Of a stretch of DNA of 25,366 nt, positions 1 through 8,645 are shown piece after piece. Under the pieces are notes generated by a model that saw only the letters and a program-made list of their open reading frames with translations, did not search any database and was not told the origin of the DNA. A program made the position numbers and the translations under genes. Numbering within the stretch: position 1 is the first letter of the stretch; the number at the start of each line of letters is the position of its first letter. Source of the stretch: Candidatus Hermodarchaeota archaeon (GTDB lineage: Archaea > Asgardarchaeota > Lokiarchaeia > Sigyniarchaeales > SOKP01); assembly GCA_048885535.1 (NCBI GenBank), contig JBHLLO010000040.1, forward strand, positions 1-25,366, given 5' to 3'.

Positions 1-3000
1 GAAGGTGTGCTTTTTCATGATGGTACACCTTTTAATGCTACAGCAGCGAAATGGAATCTAGACAGGCTGTTATATCTTACTAATTGTTCTGGTACCCTTC
101 CAATAACAACACCAATCGCAAAAACAAGTTCGTTATGGAGATTTCCAAATGGTACCGCAATAATTAATCAGGTGGATGTTATTAATCAAACTAGTATCCG
201 CATTCATTTAAATGGAGTTTATAGCCCCCTTTTGGATTTATTAAGTTATACTAATGCCTATATGTTATCACCTACATCCACTCCTGCAACCGATTATATT
301 GATCTTACTACAGGAGATTTAGTAGGAACTGGTCCCTTTGTCTATGATGGTTATATTCCTGATATTGAAATAAATTTTCATGCTTTTGAAAACTATTGGC
401 AGGGAATGGCAAACATAACTAATATGGTGTTTTCAATAATATTTGATGCGAATACAAGAAATAATGCTATGCTGGCATATGATATTGATTTCCTACAAGG
501 ACATCTTGATGCCTATGTTCCAAGCTTTGAGCTTGATCCCGAAATTACTGTAATGCATTATACGGAAACTTATGGTATCTCTAGTTTAATATACTATTAT
601 CTAGGGTTCAATAATGAGAGAATAAATAAAACCTGGAGAAAAGCAATATCTTATGCGATTAATTATAGTTATATTGTTGACGAATTGCAAAATGGAGAGG
701 TTGTTAGGGCTAATTCGCCCATATCTCCCGGTTTTGGAGATGCTTACAATTCTTCAACTAACGCAGCGACGTGGAATTTGGCAAAAGCACGACAAATTCT
801 TATAGATGCAGGTATTCCTGGTACAGCTGGACTAACTGCGAATAATAATACAATTGGACCTGTGGCGGATGCATGGAAAGCTGCTAACCTTGCTTCATTT
901 AACTATACCTATAATATCGGAAATGTCTTTAGAGAAGATTTGTTAATCTTGCTCCAGGACAATCTTGATCAAATAGGAATTACCCTAATAGACGCTGGAA
1001 TGACCTTCTCTGAGTTTCTTGATAGATTATTTTTCTATCATAATAAATTAGAACTTTTTTGGATAGGTTGGGGTCCAGATTATTATGATCCCTATAATAT
1101 GCTTTATCCAATATTTGATCCAATATCATATGGTAATGCTGCTCAAGTTAATGACCCTAAGTTAAATACTATGCTAGAAAGCGCATTACAAGAAATCGAT
1201 GATGTTATTAGGGACATTATCTATAAAAACATTCAAAGCTATTTAGCGATACAATTATATCCACATGCTTTTGGTTATCATCCTAAAATTACGTATGTTT
1301 ATAGCGCTAACTTAACTAAGTATCCTCATAATGCACTGAATAGATTATACTTCTATCCTTGTGAATGGGAGACCGGAGAAATTACACCATCACCTCCACC
1401 TTCACCAATATTTAAGGTGGGTGTGAGATCAAGCCCTGTAGAACTCGATCCTGTGAATACTTGGGATAGTACCTCTATGGATGTTATAGAGCAAGTATGC
1501 GAAGGACTTTTTAGATATAATTTGTCAGATCCAAATTTACCACGTATTAATTGGTTAGCGGAAGATTATCGGTGGATAGATGATGTAACACTTCTTATAA
1601 AGTTGAGAGAAGGAGTGATCTTTCATGATGATACACCATTTGATGCTACAGCAGCGAAATGGAACCTTGATAGGCTATTATATTTTACAAACTGTTCTGG
1701 AACCCTTCCTCCAACAACTCAGGAGGCATTACCCAGTGAACTATGGAAATTTCCAAATGATACGGCAATAATTAGTCAGGTTGATGTTGTTAACCAAACT
1801 AATATTCTTATTCATTTAAATGGTGCTTATAGCCCCCTCTTGGATTTATTAACTTTTACTTCTGCCTATATGCTATCACCATCATCCACTCCTGGGACTG
1901 ATTATATTGATCTTACTACTGGAGATTTAGTAGGAACAGGTCCGTTTGTTTATGATGGTTATACTACTGATATTGAGACTAGTTTTCACGCTTTTGAAAA
2001 CTACTGGCAAGGAAAAGCAAACATTAATGAAATGGTTTTTACAATAATACCTGACTCTAATAACAGAAATGATGCTATGTTGGCTGGTGATATTGACTTC
2101 TTGCAGGGACATCTCAATACATATATCCCCAGCTTTGAGGCAGATCCAAATATTACCGTAATGCATTATACAGACATATATGGTATTCCTGGTTTAGTTT
2201 ACTACTTTCTTGGATTTAATAATTCAAATATAAATGCAACTTGGAGAAAAGCAATGTCTTACGCGATAAATTATAGTTATATTATAGATGTAATGCAAAA
2301 CGGAGAGGTTGTTAGGGCTAATTCACCTGTTTCTCCAGGCTATGGAGATGCGTATAATGCATCAACTAAGGCAGCTACTTGGAATTTGGCAAAAGCACGA
2401 CAAGTTCTTATAGATGCAGGTATTCCTGGTACAGCTGGGTTGATTGCTAATAATGATACAACTGGACTAGTGGCAGATGCATGGAAAGCCGCCAACCTTG
2501 CCTCATTTAATTATACTTATAATGTTGATAATCAATTCAGAAGTGATCTTTATATCGTGTTAGCTGATTGGTTTGATCAAATTGGTATTACATTAGTTGA
2601 TGATGGAGTAACTTGGACTGAATTTATTTATAGATTATTTGTTTACCGAAATAAATTACAGCTTTATTGGATAGGTTGGCTTCCAGATTATCTCGATCCT
2701 TATAATATTCTTTATTACCTATTTGATCCCATATCATATAGTAATACTGCCCAAGTAAATGACCCAAAATTGAATAATATGTTAGAAAATGCTTTACAAG
2801 AAACCAATGATAGTCTACGGGACATTATCTATAAAAATATTCAAAGCTATTTAGCGACACAATTATATCCGCATGCTTTCGGATATCATCCTAAAATAAC
2901 TTATGTCTATAGCGCCAATTTGACCAATTATCCGCATAATGCATTGCAGAGATTGTATTTCTATCCTTGTGAATGGGAGACTGGAGAAATTACTCCACCT

Positions 3001-3008
3001 CCTCCACC
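1..3008 (+). repeat. Intragenic tandem duplication, period 1608 nt (536 codons); copy 1 runs off the left edge
   Basis: gaaggtgtgctttttcatgat at 1 matches gaaggagtgatctttcatgat at 1609. tgtgaatgggagac at 1360 matches 2968. The offset is the same at both ends, so there is no net indel. Each copy ends in a Pro-rich linker (TPSPPPSP, TPPPPPTT). Confidence 0.93.
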
Positions 3009-4386
3009 AACTACAGCTATAATCTTCATTGATGATTCTGATCCCAACTATAATTGGAGTAAAACCGCATTAGAAAATGATTGGTGTAGTGGTTCAGGAA
3101 CTTGGAACGATCCATATGTCATAAAAGACCTCAATTTTGATGGTCAATACATGTACACCGGGATTGAAATCTGGAATTCGAGTGTTTATTTTAGAATTGA
3201 AAACTGTACGTTTAATAATTGCCTTGGTGGAATACATCTTACTGATACTAATAATTCATTAATATATAACAATAGTTTCTATGATACAAAAGCAATATGG
3301 GGCACTATTGCATTACAATACAGCCATAATAATTCGATCATCCTAAATAGAATAAGCAATGTAACGAGTGAGATGGGGTATGCTTCAGGAATTTTCAACA
3401 GGTATGGGAATGATTGTATCTATGATCAAAATGTAATTACAGAAACATATGTAGCAATCATGAGCGGTTATAATAGTGGTACAATGATAACTAATAATGA
3501 GGTAAGCTTTTCTCTTGTCGGTGTTACTACTGGATTTGTCACTAATGCTACAATAAAAGAAAACCATGCTTTCAATAACACCTATGGAATTGTTTTACAA
3601 TTTACGAACGACACCTTGGTAAAATTGAATCAAGCTTTTGATAATGATTTTGTTGGAATATACATAATGGGAGGTCCGTTTGGCCTATTCTATGGGTGTC
3701 ATTATAATACGATTACGGAAAATCAAGTATACGATAATATTCAATATGGCCTTGTATTCAGTGAAGTAACCAGTCATAATACAGTTTATCTTAACATGTT
3801 TATAGGAAATGGAATGAATGCTCAAGATAATGGCACTTTGAATAACTGGGATAACGGAGCGATTGGGAATTCTTGGGATGATTATGTTGGTGTAGATGCA
3901 AACGATGATGGAATTGGAGACACACCATATCTAATTGATGGATCAGCGGGAAGTATGGACAACTTTCCTATTTTTGATGATGGTCCTGATCTCGATATTA
4001 CACCTCCCATTATAGTTATCAACGAACCAGACATGGGGGATGAGTTTACCACTACAGCACCAATTTATGCGATTGAGATAACAGAACCAAATTTAGATTC
4101 TATGTGGTATACCGTGGATGGGGGAATTACTAATAATACCATTACATCTTTAGCAGGAACTATTGATCAAACTGTTTGGAACAATTTGCCTTATGGTGTA
4201 GTAACGATTACTTTTTATGCTAATGATACTTATGGTAATGTTGGGTCAGCATCAGTCTTAGTATATAAAAATGCACCGGTCGCCCCACCGGGAATCCCTG
4301 GAATTAATCCAATTTTCCTAATAATAATGATATCGATTGGAATAATAGGTTTAATCTGGCAATTTAAACAAAAAAAATTTAAATAA
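1..4386 (+). CDS. Large cell-surface protein, 5'-truncated by the window: two tandem ABC family-5 (OppA/DppA-like) solute-binding domains + NosD-like parallel beta-helix + Ig-like domain + Loki-CTERM-type C-terminal anchor
   Basis: The frame is open from base 1 (EGVLFHDGTPFNA), so the GTG at 7 is probably not the real start. SBP_bac_5 motifs LREGVxFHDxTPF, GTGPF and WRKAxSYAIN each occur twice. Beta-helix/NosD region from ~3020 (WCSGSGTWNDPYVI ... GNSWDDY.GVDANDDGIGDTPY). Ig-like region from ~3994 (DITPP ... YANDTYGN). C-terminus is PGIPG + hydrophobic helix + KQKKFK. Many N-x-S/T sequons. Confidence 0.88.
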   Translation, partial: EGVLFHDGTPFNATAAKWNLDRLLYLTNCSGTLPITTPIAKTSSLWRFPNGTAIINQVDVINQTSIRIHLNGVYSPLLDLLSYTNAYMLSPTSTPATDYIDLTTGDLVGTGPFVYDGYIPDIEINFHAFENYWQGMANITNMVFSIIFDANTRNNAMLAYDIDFLQGHLDAYVPSFELDPEITVMHYTETYGISSLIYYYLGFNNERINKTWRKAISYAINYSYIVDELQNGEVVRANSPISPGFGDAYNSSTNAATWNLAKARQILIDAGIPGTAGLTANNNTIGPVADAWKAANLASFNYTYNIGNVFREDLLILLQDNLDQIGITLIDAGMTFSEFLDRLFFYHNKLELFWIGWGPDYYDPYNMLYPIFDPISYGNAAQVNDPKLNTMLESALQEIDDVIRDIIYKNIQSYLAIQLYPHAFGYHPKITYVYSANLTKYPHNALNRLYFYPCEWETGEITPSPPPSPIFKVGVRSSPVELDPVNTWDSTSMDVIEQVCEGLFRYNLSDPNLPRINWLAEDYRWIDDVTLLIKLREGVIFHDDTPFDATAAKWNLDRLLYFTNCSGTLPPTTQEALPSELWKFPNDTAIISQVDVVNQTNILIHLNGAYSPLLDLLTFTSAYMLSPSSTPGTDYIDLTTGDLVGTGPFVYDGYTTDIETSFHAFENYWQGKANINEMVFTIIPDSNNRNDAMLAGDIDFLQGHLNTYIPSFEADPNITVMHYTDIYGIPGLVYYFLGFNNSNINATWRKAMSYAINYSYIIDVMQNGEVVRANSPVSPGYGDAYNASTKAATWNLAKARQVLIDAGIPGTAGLIANNDTTGLVADAWKAANLASFNYTYNVDNQFRSDLYIVLADWFDQIGITLVDDGVTWTEFIYRLFVYRNKLQLYWIGWLPDYLDPYNILYYLFDPISYSNTAQVNDPKLNNMLENALQETNDSLRDIIYKNIQSYLATQLYPHAFGYHPKITYVYSANLTNYPHNALQRLYFYPCEWETGEITPPPPPTTAIIFIDDSDPNYNWSKTALENDWCSGSGTWNDPYVIKDLNFDGQYMYTGIEIWNSSVYFRIENCTFNNCLGGIHLTDTNNSLIYNNSFYDTKAIWGTIALQYSHNNSIILNRISNVTSEMGYASGIFNRYGNDCIYDQNVITETYVAIMSGYNSGTMITNNEVSFSLVGVTTGFVTNATIKENHAFNNTYGIVLQFTNDTLVKLNQAFDNDFVGIYIMGGPFGLFYGCHYNTITENQVYDNIQYGLVFSEVTSHNTVYLNMFIGNGMNAQDNGTLNNWDNGAIGNSWDDYVGVDANDDGIGDTPYLIDGSAGSMDNFPIFDDGPDLDITPPIIVINEPDMGDEFTTTAPIYAIEITEPNLDSMWYTVDGGITNNTITSLAGTIDQTVWNNLPYGVVTITFYANDTYGNVGSASVLVYKNAPVAPPGIPGINPIFLIIMISIGIIGLIWQFKQKKFK

Positions 4387-4396
4387 TTTTTTTTTT
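4387..4396 (+). terminator. Oligo-T tract, probable archaeal intrinsic terminator
   Basis: T10 directly after the TAA of the large surface-protein gene. Confidence 0.55.
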
Positions 4397-4461
4397 CTAA
4401 AAGATTTTTAAATTACTATTTATCTTTGAGAAAATTAACCAAAGCTCCTAAAAGTGTAGGG

Positions 4462-4476
4462 GAAAAGTTTATAACT
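4462..4476 (+). promoter_or_regulatory. Probable BRE-TATA promoter of the SET gene
   Basis: GAAAAG followed by TTTATAAC, about 55 nt upstream of the TTG start; fits the archaeal BRE/TATA layout. Confidence 0.5.
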
Positions 4477-4494
4477 TATATTTAATATTTATTA

Positions 4495-4523
4495 ACTTGC
4501 CAAAGTGCTAATTTTTGGCAAGT
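4495..4523. promoter_or_regulatory. Perfect 10-bp inverted repeat (operator or 5'-UTR hairpin)
   Basis: ACTTGCCAAA-gtgctaatt-TTTGGCAAGT, lying between the TATA box and the SET start codon. Confidence 0.6.
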
Positions 4524-4531
4524 GACAGAGA

Positions 4532-5050
4532 TTGAAATATCAATCATATGTAAATACTTGTTCTTATGGAAAGTGTTTAGTTGCTGCTAATAATATATCA
4601 TCTAATTGTGTTGTTGAAAAAATAGAGGGATATACGATAAATAGGGAAGAAATTCCACAAGAGGAGATTTATCATGCAATTCTAATTGCTAGAGATAAAT
4701 GGATGGTAATTCAAACAAACGCTAGGTATATAAATCATTCATGTTCTCCAAATTGCTATATTAATGATGACCTGGAAGTAATAACAAAAGTAGATGTTAA
4801 AAAAGGAGAAGAATTAACAATAGCCTATAATATCGTTCGTACTGGTGAGGATCCAGGACAATGGGACGAAAGGTGGAGTTTTAGATGTCTTTGTGGATCA
4901 AGAAATTGTCAGGGGATTATTGATAAGTATATCACTGAAGATGGATTACCCTATAATCCGAATCTTAATCAATCTTTTGAGAAGGTTCAAATAACCACAA
5001 GTGAGAATAGTGTAAAAAGCGCTTTCAACACAACCTTAGAAGTAGAATAA
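4532..5050 (+). CDS. SET-domain protein-lysine methyltransferase with post-SET zinc motif
   Basis: ARYINHSCSPNC (NHxCxPN), GEELTIAY (ELxxxY) and post-SET CLCGSRNC (CxCx4C). TTG start. Confidence 0.9.
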   Translation: MKYQSYVNTCSYGKCLVAANNISSNCVVEKIEGYTINREEIPQEEIYHAILIARDKWMVIQTNARYINHSCSPNCYINDDLEVITKVDVKKGEELTIAYNIVRTGEDPGQWDERWSFRCLCGSRNCQGIIDKYITEDGLPYNPNLNQSFEKVQITTSENSVKSAFNTTLEVE

Positions 5051-5156
5051 TTAAAATATAATTTTTTTAATCACTATTTTTTCAGACTTCTTCCTTTTTT
5101 ATAGGATCGATTAAATCTAGAACTTATAAGTAATAAATATCTAACTCCTGTTTTGT

Positions 5157-6344
5157 ATGACAAAAACCAATTTATTTCACATAAAGCATGGAGATTTCAT
5201 TAAAAATGGAAATTCAGGACTTACAACATTTATTCACGCTAGTGATCTACATTTAGGAAGCCATCAATATAGAAATGAGTATCGAGCAGACGACTTTATA
5301 AAAGCATTTCAACAAATTTTAGATATTTCTATATTAAATCAAGCTGATTTCATTTTATTAGGAGGAGATGTATTTACTTCATTAGAAATGCTTCCTGGAA
5401 AACTTATCAAAATTATAAACATAATAAAAGAATTTATTGAATATACCAATGAATCTATTCCAATTATTGCAATAGAAGGAAATCATGATATTCGTAGATT
5501 TTCAAGGGGTGCAAGATTTTCTAAACGTGGACAATCGTGGTTAAAGGTTATGTGCAATCTAGGTTTGTTGATCCTACTTGATGGTGATTTAGAGGGTTTA
5601 CCTAATTCAGCATATTTACCATACGACTTTAATTGCAATAGCGGTGGTAAGATAAGAATTAAAAATGTTATTATTTATGGCAATCATTATCTTGGTGAGA
5701 ATCCAGAAGGCTATATTCAGAAAATAACAGAAGCAATAGAGAAAGAGGAAGGCTTATTTTGTGTTCTTTTACAACACTTTGGTGTAGATGGACAAATGCA
5801 AAATGTACCAGGTATCAGGTTCGATAAGTTAATTCCTTTGAAAGAGAAAGTTGATTATTTAGCTTTAGGGCATTATCATTTACAGTTTATATTAGATAAT
5901 TGGGTTTACAATCCCGGTTCATCTGAGGCAGCTTGTTCAGTAGATTCAAATTTTAATCGTGGTATCTTTATTGTGAAAATAAAGCGGGATAAAAAATTTG
6001 TAAAAGAGGTTCATTCTATTAAATTGGTTAACAGAACTCATATCTGGAAAACAATTAATTTCAATTATTCATTTAAAAGTCAGAAAGAAATCATTGATTA
6101 CGTCATTACCAAATTGAATTCTGAATTGAATTATAAAAATTCTAATAATGATGATCTATCAAATCCTAATATACCTATATTGTATCTTGTATTGAAAGGC
6201 AGAAAGCCCTTACAAAATAGAAAAGTAAACGAAAAAGAGTTAAAAGCAGAAATTTTAAAGTCTGTTTCTATTGTAGATGTAAGAATTTATCAAAAATTCT
6301 CTAAAGATGAAAAGAGTTTGTATGAATATCTTTATATCCAATAG
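5157..6344 (+). CDS. Mre11/SbcD-family DNA repair metallophosphoesterase (nuclease)
   Basis: Phosphoesterase motifs SDLHLG, GGDVF, GNHD, QHFG and ALGHYH, plus YNPGSSE. The true start may be slightly downstream. Confidence 0.85.
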   Translation: MTKTNLFHIKHGDFIKNGNSGLTTFIHASDLHLGSHQYRNEYRADDFIKAFQQILDISILNQADFILLGGDVFTSLEMLPGKLIKIINIIKEFIEYTNESIPIIAIEGNHDIRRFSRGARFSKRGQSWLKVMCNLGLLILLDGDLEGLPNSAYLPYDFNCNSGGKIRIKNVIIYGNHYLGENPEGYIQKITEAIEKEEGLFCVLLQHFGVDGQMQNVPGIRFDKLIPLKEKVDYLALGHYHLQFILDNWVYNPGSSEAACSVDSNFNRGIFIVKIKRDKKFVKEVHSIKLVNRTHIWKTINFNYSFKSQKEIIDYVITKLNSELNYKNSNNDDLSNPNIPILYLVLKGRKPLQNRKVNEKELKAEILKSVSIVDVRIYQKFSKDEKSLYEYLYIQ

Positions 6345-6403
6345 CTTTTAAAAGATAGAGATTAATTAAATCTTTTTAAGTTAAAACGTTTAAAGATATA
6401 ATT

Positions 6404-8017
6404 ATGAAATTGAAAACATTCATAAAGAAAAATAAGTTCTTCAGCATCCTTACTTTAGTATTTATAACTTGGATTGCTTTTCTGATAATCTTAGCAATAA
6501 TTAATAAAAAAACAGTTATATTTTGGGATAATATCACCAATACGGACGTTTCTTCATATTATTCGATTGTTCTACCAGTATCAAGATATATTTTAGAGCC
6601 GATTGCTCAATTATCATTTATTTTAGAAATGGAATTTACCTGGATGTTTCTCTTTTTTATAATATATCCTATATTACGTATAATCTATCTAGTATTAAGG
6701 AAAAAAGGGAGGTTTCAATCAGAAAAGTATAAATTGTTGTCAATACCTTTAACCGACATAGTAAAATTCTCTTTTAAAATCTTAACCTCCACTGTACTGA
6801 TTATTGCTTTGATTATGCTTATTGGATACTTAATTCAAGGTTACTTTTTCGTTGCAAGATATTTCATGATTCCCATTCAGATAGGGATACACTTATGCAT
6901 TATTCTTATTGCTATTAAGATCTTATATACTTTTTTAAAACTCTTTCATCCTAAGTTACGATTTAACTATTCTAAAAAACTACAAAAGATATCTAGAAGA
7001 AAAGGCAATAAAAGATTAAATAATATAAAAAGAGAACTAATTTATTTAGTCGGCATAGGTTCTATACTTCTAAGTTCCAATATAGTACTAATTTCATTTC
7101 CATTTCCCACCCAAAAAATTGTACCAACAATTCCTCTAGATGATGATGAATTTCTCCTTGATTTTCACGTTCACACAATTTATTCTGATGGTTGGCTCAC
7201 TCCTGAAGAGAGAGTGCTATGGTATATAGAGCAAGGAATTTCAGGAGCAGCGTTCTCAGATCATGATAATATTAGGGGTGCTTTAGCAGCTCAACAATTT
7301 GTCGAAGAAAATGGATTAAACTTTTTAATCTTTATGGCAGAAGAATGGACAGATAATGATAATGATATTCATATGAACTATTATGGTGTGGCAGAAGAAT
7401 TGATGCCTGTTCAATATTATACGCCTGGAGGACCCCTAGCGCTTAATATTTCAGACACAATAAATTATGTAAAAAGTCAAGGAGGATATATTGTTGTAAA
7501 TCATTATAATACTAACCCGAATCCCAATGGAGGGTATGGTGTTCCCTATAACTTAACTCAATTACGCGATTGGGGGGTGGATGGCTTTGAAATTGTTAAT
7601 GGAGGTAGTTATGGTGGAAAATATCAACAAATAAGGGACTTTTGTGTTTTGAATAATTTGATTTGTATAGGAGGGAGTGATATTCACACTAATGAACCAT
7701 TAAATACCTTTGTTAAGATAAAATTAGCAGATCCTTCAAATTTAACAATTGCAAATATTTTCGAAACCATGAAAAATAATACAAATCATGAAGTTATTGC
7801 AATTGATTTAAATCCAAAAATAGTTGACTTTCCAAATGATTTAAATGATCTTGGCTTCTATATCTTTGAAGATTTCATTAACTATTATCTAAATATGGAT
7901 CCATACCAGTGTATATCGTGGATAGTGTGGTCTTGGGTCATATATGTGATAATTTTCCTACTTTATAGAAAAACTAAAAAGGTGGATATAGAACTGTTAA
8001 AACATAAAATCCTATAA
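6404..8017 (+). CDS. Membrane protein with PHP (polymerase/histidinol phosphatase-like) metallo-hydrolase domain
   Basis: About five N-terminal hydrophobic helices; DFHVHTxYSDG, FSDHD, VNHY and GGSDIH motifs; one C-terminal TM helix followed by a basic tail. Confidence 0.82.
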   Translation: MKLKTFIKKNKFFSILTLVFITWIAFLIILAIINKKTVIFWDNITNTDVSSYYSIVLPVSRYILEPIAQLSFILEMEFTWMFLFFIIYPILRIIYLVLRKKGRFQSEKYKLLSIPLTDIVKFSFKILTSTVLIIALIMLIGYLIQGYFFVARYFMIPIQIGIHLCIILIAIKILYTFLKLFHPKLRFNYSKKLQKISRRKGNKRLNNIKRELIYLVGIGSILLSSNIVLISFPFPTQKIVPTIPLDDDEFLLDFHVHTIYSDGWLTPEERVLWYIEQGISGAAFSDHDNIRGALAAQQFVEENGLNFLIFMAEEWTDNDNDIHMNYYGVAEELMPVQYYTPGGPLALNISDTINYVKSQGGYIVVNHYNTNPNPNGGYGVPYNLTQLRDWGVDGFEIVNGGSYGGKYQQIRDFCVLNNLICIGGSDIHTNEPLNTFVKIKLADPSNLTIANIFETMKNNTNHEVIAIDLNPKIVDFPNDLNDLGFYIFEDFINYYLNMDPYQCISWIVWSWVIYVIIFLLYRKTKKVDIELLKHKIL

Positions 8018-8040
8018 AAAAAGTTTAATCCTTTTTTATT

Positions 8041-8496
8041 TTAAATGTAGTAAAAAGATTTGTCATCATCGTATTTATCTTGATCATCATCATTTTCATC
8101 ATCGTCATCATTAAGAAATTTTTTTGATAGAAATTTCAAAATTTCTTCTGGATCAATGTCAGGATCAAAATCTTTTAAATCATTTAAATTAATAGGTATG
8201 ATTCCTCCTTTTTTAAATGGAATGGTTCTTGCTTTAATCTCCTTTTCGATTTTTTCTTGTCTTTTAGCGTTTAAGGCTAATTCTTTTCTCATTAATTCTC
8301 TAAGCTGATCAGCAACCAATTCATCTAATTCTTCTGGAGTTAGGTTCAAAAGCATGTCTGTGCCATAAAGTTTGGTAAGCTTTTTTAAGGCTTTCTCTTT
8401 CTTGCTTACGGGTATTTCTCTAATTGATTTTAATCCCAGGATATTTATAATATTTAACCAATCTAATTGATGAGTCCAAGCTTCTTCTTCTGACAT
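8041..8496 (-). CDS. Hypothetical helical protein with Asp-rich tail ending KSFYYI
   Basis: 151-aa ATG ORF, charged and helix-like in composition, convergent with the PHP gene; no family recognised. Confidence 0.75.
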   Translation of the reverse strand: MSEEEAWTHQLDWLNIINILGLKSIREIPVSKKEKALKKLTKLYGTDMLLNLTPEELDELVADQLRELMRKELALNAKRQEKIEKEIKARTIPFKKGGIIPINLNDLKDFDPDIDPEEILKFLSKKFLNDDDDENDDDQDKYDDDKSFYYI

Positions 8497-8645
8497 TTTT
8501 ATAACAGTTCGGTTATCAAATTTTAAAATTTTAGATGCTTGTTAAATGTTTATCTTTTTCTCTATAAAAAAAATATGTTGATATAAATTTATGGTTTGTA
8601 ATCTATTAAAGTTTTACATACATTGGTTAATATGATTAAGGAAGA

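Noticed and set aside
1927-3567. Minus-strand ORFs 1927-2166 and 3385-3567
   Set aside because: Antisense shadows inside a well-supported gene; no motifs.
8062-8110. (TCA)n-like trinucleotide run
   Set aside because: Simply encodes the Asp-rich tail of the 8041-8496 protein; not a CRISPR array or an independent repeat.
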